Shown one piece after another: positions 61,229 to 64,000 of a stretch of 64,000 nucleotides of DNA. The translations under genes were made by a program, and so were the position numbers. The stretch is taken from NCBI GenBank assembly GCA_951406725.2, contig OX597823.1, forward strand, positions 49,972,001-50,036,000. The letters run 5' to 3'. The stretch's first letter is position 1. Every line of letters starts with the position of its first letter. The notes under the pieces were generated by a model, which was given only the letters and a program-made list of their open reading frames with translations, was not told the DNA's origin and made no database searches. This DNA is from Octopus vulgaris (lineage: Eukaryota).

Positions 61229-64000
61229 GTAAGTATTAAAACCAGACTTCTTCCATTTCATGTCTCAGGCTTGGAGATCATGCCAAAAACCAGGGTGCAC
61301 TTTGCAGAGAAGTGATATCAGTGAGACAAAATATCAGTTTAGTATATAACCTTGGGAACTGAGCTTTTTACCAGTTCTTAATGAAATACTCATCAATTTG
61401 ATGTTATGAACCACCAATTCTTATTGTTTGGTTGTCTTCCGCTTTATTCAATTGGTCATCTTCACCTGATCATCATCATTTGATTTCCATTTTCCATGCT
61501 GTCATAGGTTAGACGGTTTGACAGCCCCCTCCTAATGCCAACCACCTCATTACAGTGTGTACTGGATGCTTTTTCCCACACCAGTACTAGAGAGGTTGCC
61601 AAGTAACTTGCAAGGCAGAAAAAGAACTGGGGAAAAGGAAAAAAGTTCCCACTAATTAGTGGTAGAGTAAAGGAGGTAAAGACCCCCTTCAGTCATGAAT
61701 GGCCTTGGGATTGCACCTAGAAGATTACCCTCCAAGGCACAAATCTTGGCAAGGTTGTTTATGGAAGTCCAACAGTTGCCTATGCATACCAGCCTCCCCT
61801 CTCCATGCTACCAATGTTACTCAAGGGAAAGGCAAAGGCTGATACAACATGAAATAAAGTGCCTTGCTCGAGAACACAACACATGGCCCAGTCCAGAATC
61901 GATCTCACTACCTCGTGAGTGTGAACCCAATACTTTAACCACTGAGCCATGTGTTTCCCCGGTGGTGGGGAGGCGTGTTTAAAACTGAGAGGTATTAAAA
62001 GGTTAAAATACCCACAGATGTCTTTCCATCCTTATATAATGTGGCTACCCCACATTATATAGGGGTGGGAAAAAGAAGTTGAAAAAGAGATAAAGGACAT
62101 TAGAAAAGGGAAACTTCTGTTTACCTAATGTCTGTGTCTTCATGTTATCGGTTATTTATCGGTGATAGATTTACTACATGACTGTTAACTGAAGATAGTT
62201 TCAATTGACATCATTCAAAAGCTAAAACAATGCAAGTAAATGCATTGTGACCAGTAAGGTGTAACAACATCTGATAGTCTTGTTGGTCAAGTGATATACA
62301 TATATAGTTTCATGCTTTACATGGCAAAAAAGCATTCTAACCATGCTCTTTATACCAACCATGTCTATGTGTATCCGTAGAGGCGTGTGGCTTAGTGGTT
62401 AGAGTGTTGGATTCATGATCAAAAGATTGTGGTTTTGGTTCCTGGACTAGGTGACACATTGTGTTCTTGAGCAAAACACTTTATTTCCAGTTGCTCCAGT
62501 CCACTCAACTGGCGAAAATGAGTAATCTTGCGACAGACCAGTGTCCTGTCCAAGTGGGGAATATACACGCCATGAATATCAGGATATCAGCCCCTGCAAG
62601 TTTGTATGACTCGAGAAGGTCTCAGTGGGTGGGTATTTGTGATTTAAGTTCTTTGTGAAGAGGATGTCCAGTTGGTAGTGAATGACCTGTACTAATAAGT
62701 ATAACCCTTTGGCATTGAGATGACTCTGTCAAATGTAATATTTAATTCACATTGTTTTCAATTAATCATACATTATCTTGTAACATTGAGATTTTGATGA
62801 TGATTGTTTATTTTTAGAATAACATTGTCACATAAGTGTGAGAGGTTGGAGCTGGCCGGTTTGTCAACAGGTAGAATACTTGAGCCTTGTAGACTAAAGG
62901 TTGAATGTGGAATAAGCTATTTTTAAGAAGTCAACCAAAGACAGAGGATAATGCCTGTGACATTTGTAGCTTCTATTCTTTCATTAACAATTGCTAATCT
63001 TCAGATATTTATTAAAAGTAAAATGAGAGTTTCTCAATGGAATATATGCAATTGCTAGCCTAACCCAAGTCAAATGGGTAAAGAATGGGAAGCAACATTG
63101 GATAAATAATTTCATTATAGAAGCACAAAAGATAACAGATGAATAATGTATCTGTGTGTGTATAAATGTATGTTGATATATTTCACACTCTCGCACACAT
63201 GATACAATAGAATCCAGAGGGACTGGGGTTGGTCTGCATTGGCAAGGCTTAGGAAAAGAGTACAAAGAGTGGAAAATCCAGCATTCTAGACTCTTCAAGG
63301 AAATGTTGACAGGAGTAAATTTTCACTCAGTGAAATTCATCATGCTGTTTTGTTAATTTTATTTTATATATATATATATATATATATACCATCATCATCA
63401 CCATCATTTAATGTCCGCTTTCCATGCTGGCATGGGTTAGACAGTTTGACTGTGGACTGGTAAACCGGGAGGCTGCACCAGGCTCCAATGTGGTCTGGCA
63501 AGGTTTCTACAGCTGGATCCCCTTCCTAACACTAACCACTCCGAGAGTGCTTTTTACATGCTGCCGGCATGGACACCAGTCAGGCAGCACTGGCATCGGT
63601 CACGCTTGAATGGTGCTTATTACATGCCTCCAGCACAGGAACCAGTCGGGCAGCGCCAGCATTGACACACTCAGGTGGCACTGGTGTCGGCTGCGACTAC
63701 GATTTCACTTGGCTCAACAGGTCCTCTCAAGCACAACATATTACCCAACAATTAAGGGGTACTTTTAAACAGGCCAGTTATGCGACACTAGCATTGGCCA
63801 TGGCTATGATCTCACTTGGCTTGCCTGGTCTTCTCAAGCACAGCATATCTCCAAAGGTCTCAGTTGAAATAAACAATCAATTCAAATAAATGTGTAAAAG
63901 TTAATGGACAACGAGAGGACATGCACAAGAAATGTGTTAGCTTCATGCTCAGTGAAAAGAGTGAGTTTGACATTCCGAGCAAAGCTCTTCATCGGAAAGG

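Overview
AT-rich, repeat-dense eukaryotic DNA. The SINE/LINE content, recognised from memory, points to a coleoid cephalopod, most likely Octopus. The whole window lies inside one + strand gene, the WDR48/UAF1 orthologue (USP1/12/46 deubiquitinase cofactor). Fourteen GT-AG exons (6825-61228) join in phase into one uninterrupted 483-codon frame; the first and last exons lie outside the window. The introns hold a young 5'-truncated RTE-clade LINE (18429-21110) whose RT carries an embedded PHD-type zinc finger and a 63-bp VNTR in its 3'UTR, many shorter RTE tails, two tRNA-derived SINE families, decayed mariner elements, hAT and piggyBac-type MITEs, a Helentron-type element, Penelope-like remnants with hammerhead-ribozyme motifs, long inverted repeats and microsatellites. 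The best leads are: (i) frame-preserving candidate cassette/micro-exons in the 22.7-kb intron after the DGPDTK exon, (ii) the PHD-in-RT LINE that sits in (TA)n tracts, (iii) an intact minimal hammerhead motif, (iv) ~95-100-bp direct repeats flanking retro-insertions, and (v) several long intronic hairpins that could be ADAR substrates. All calls were made by eye without database searches; repeat boundaries are approximate.
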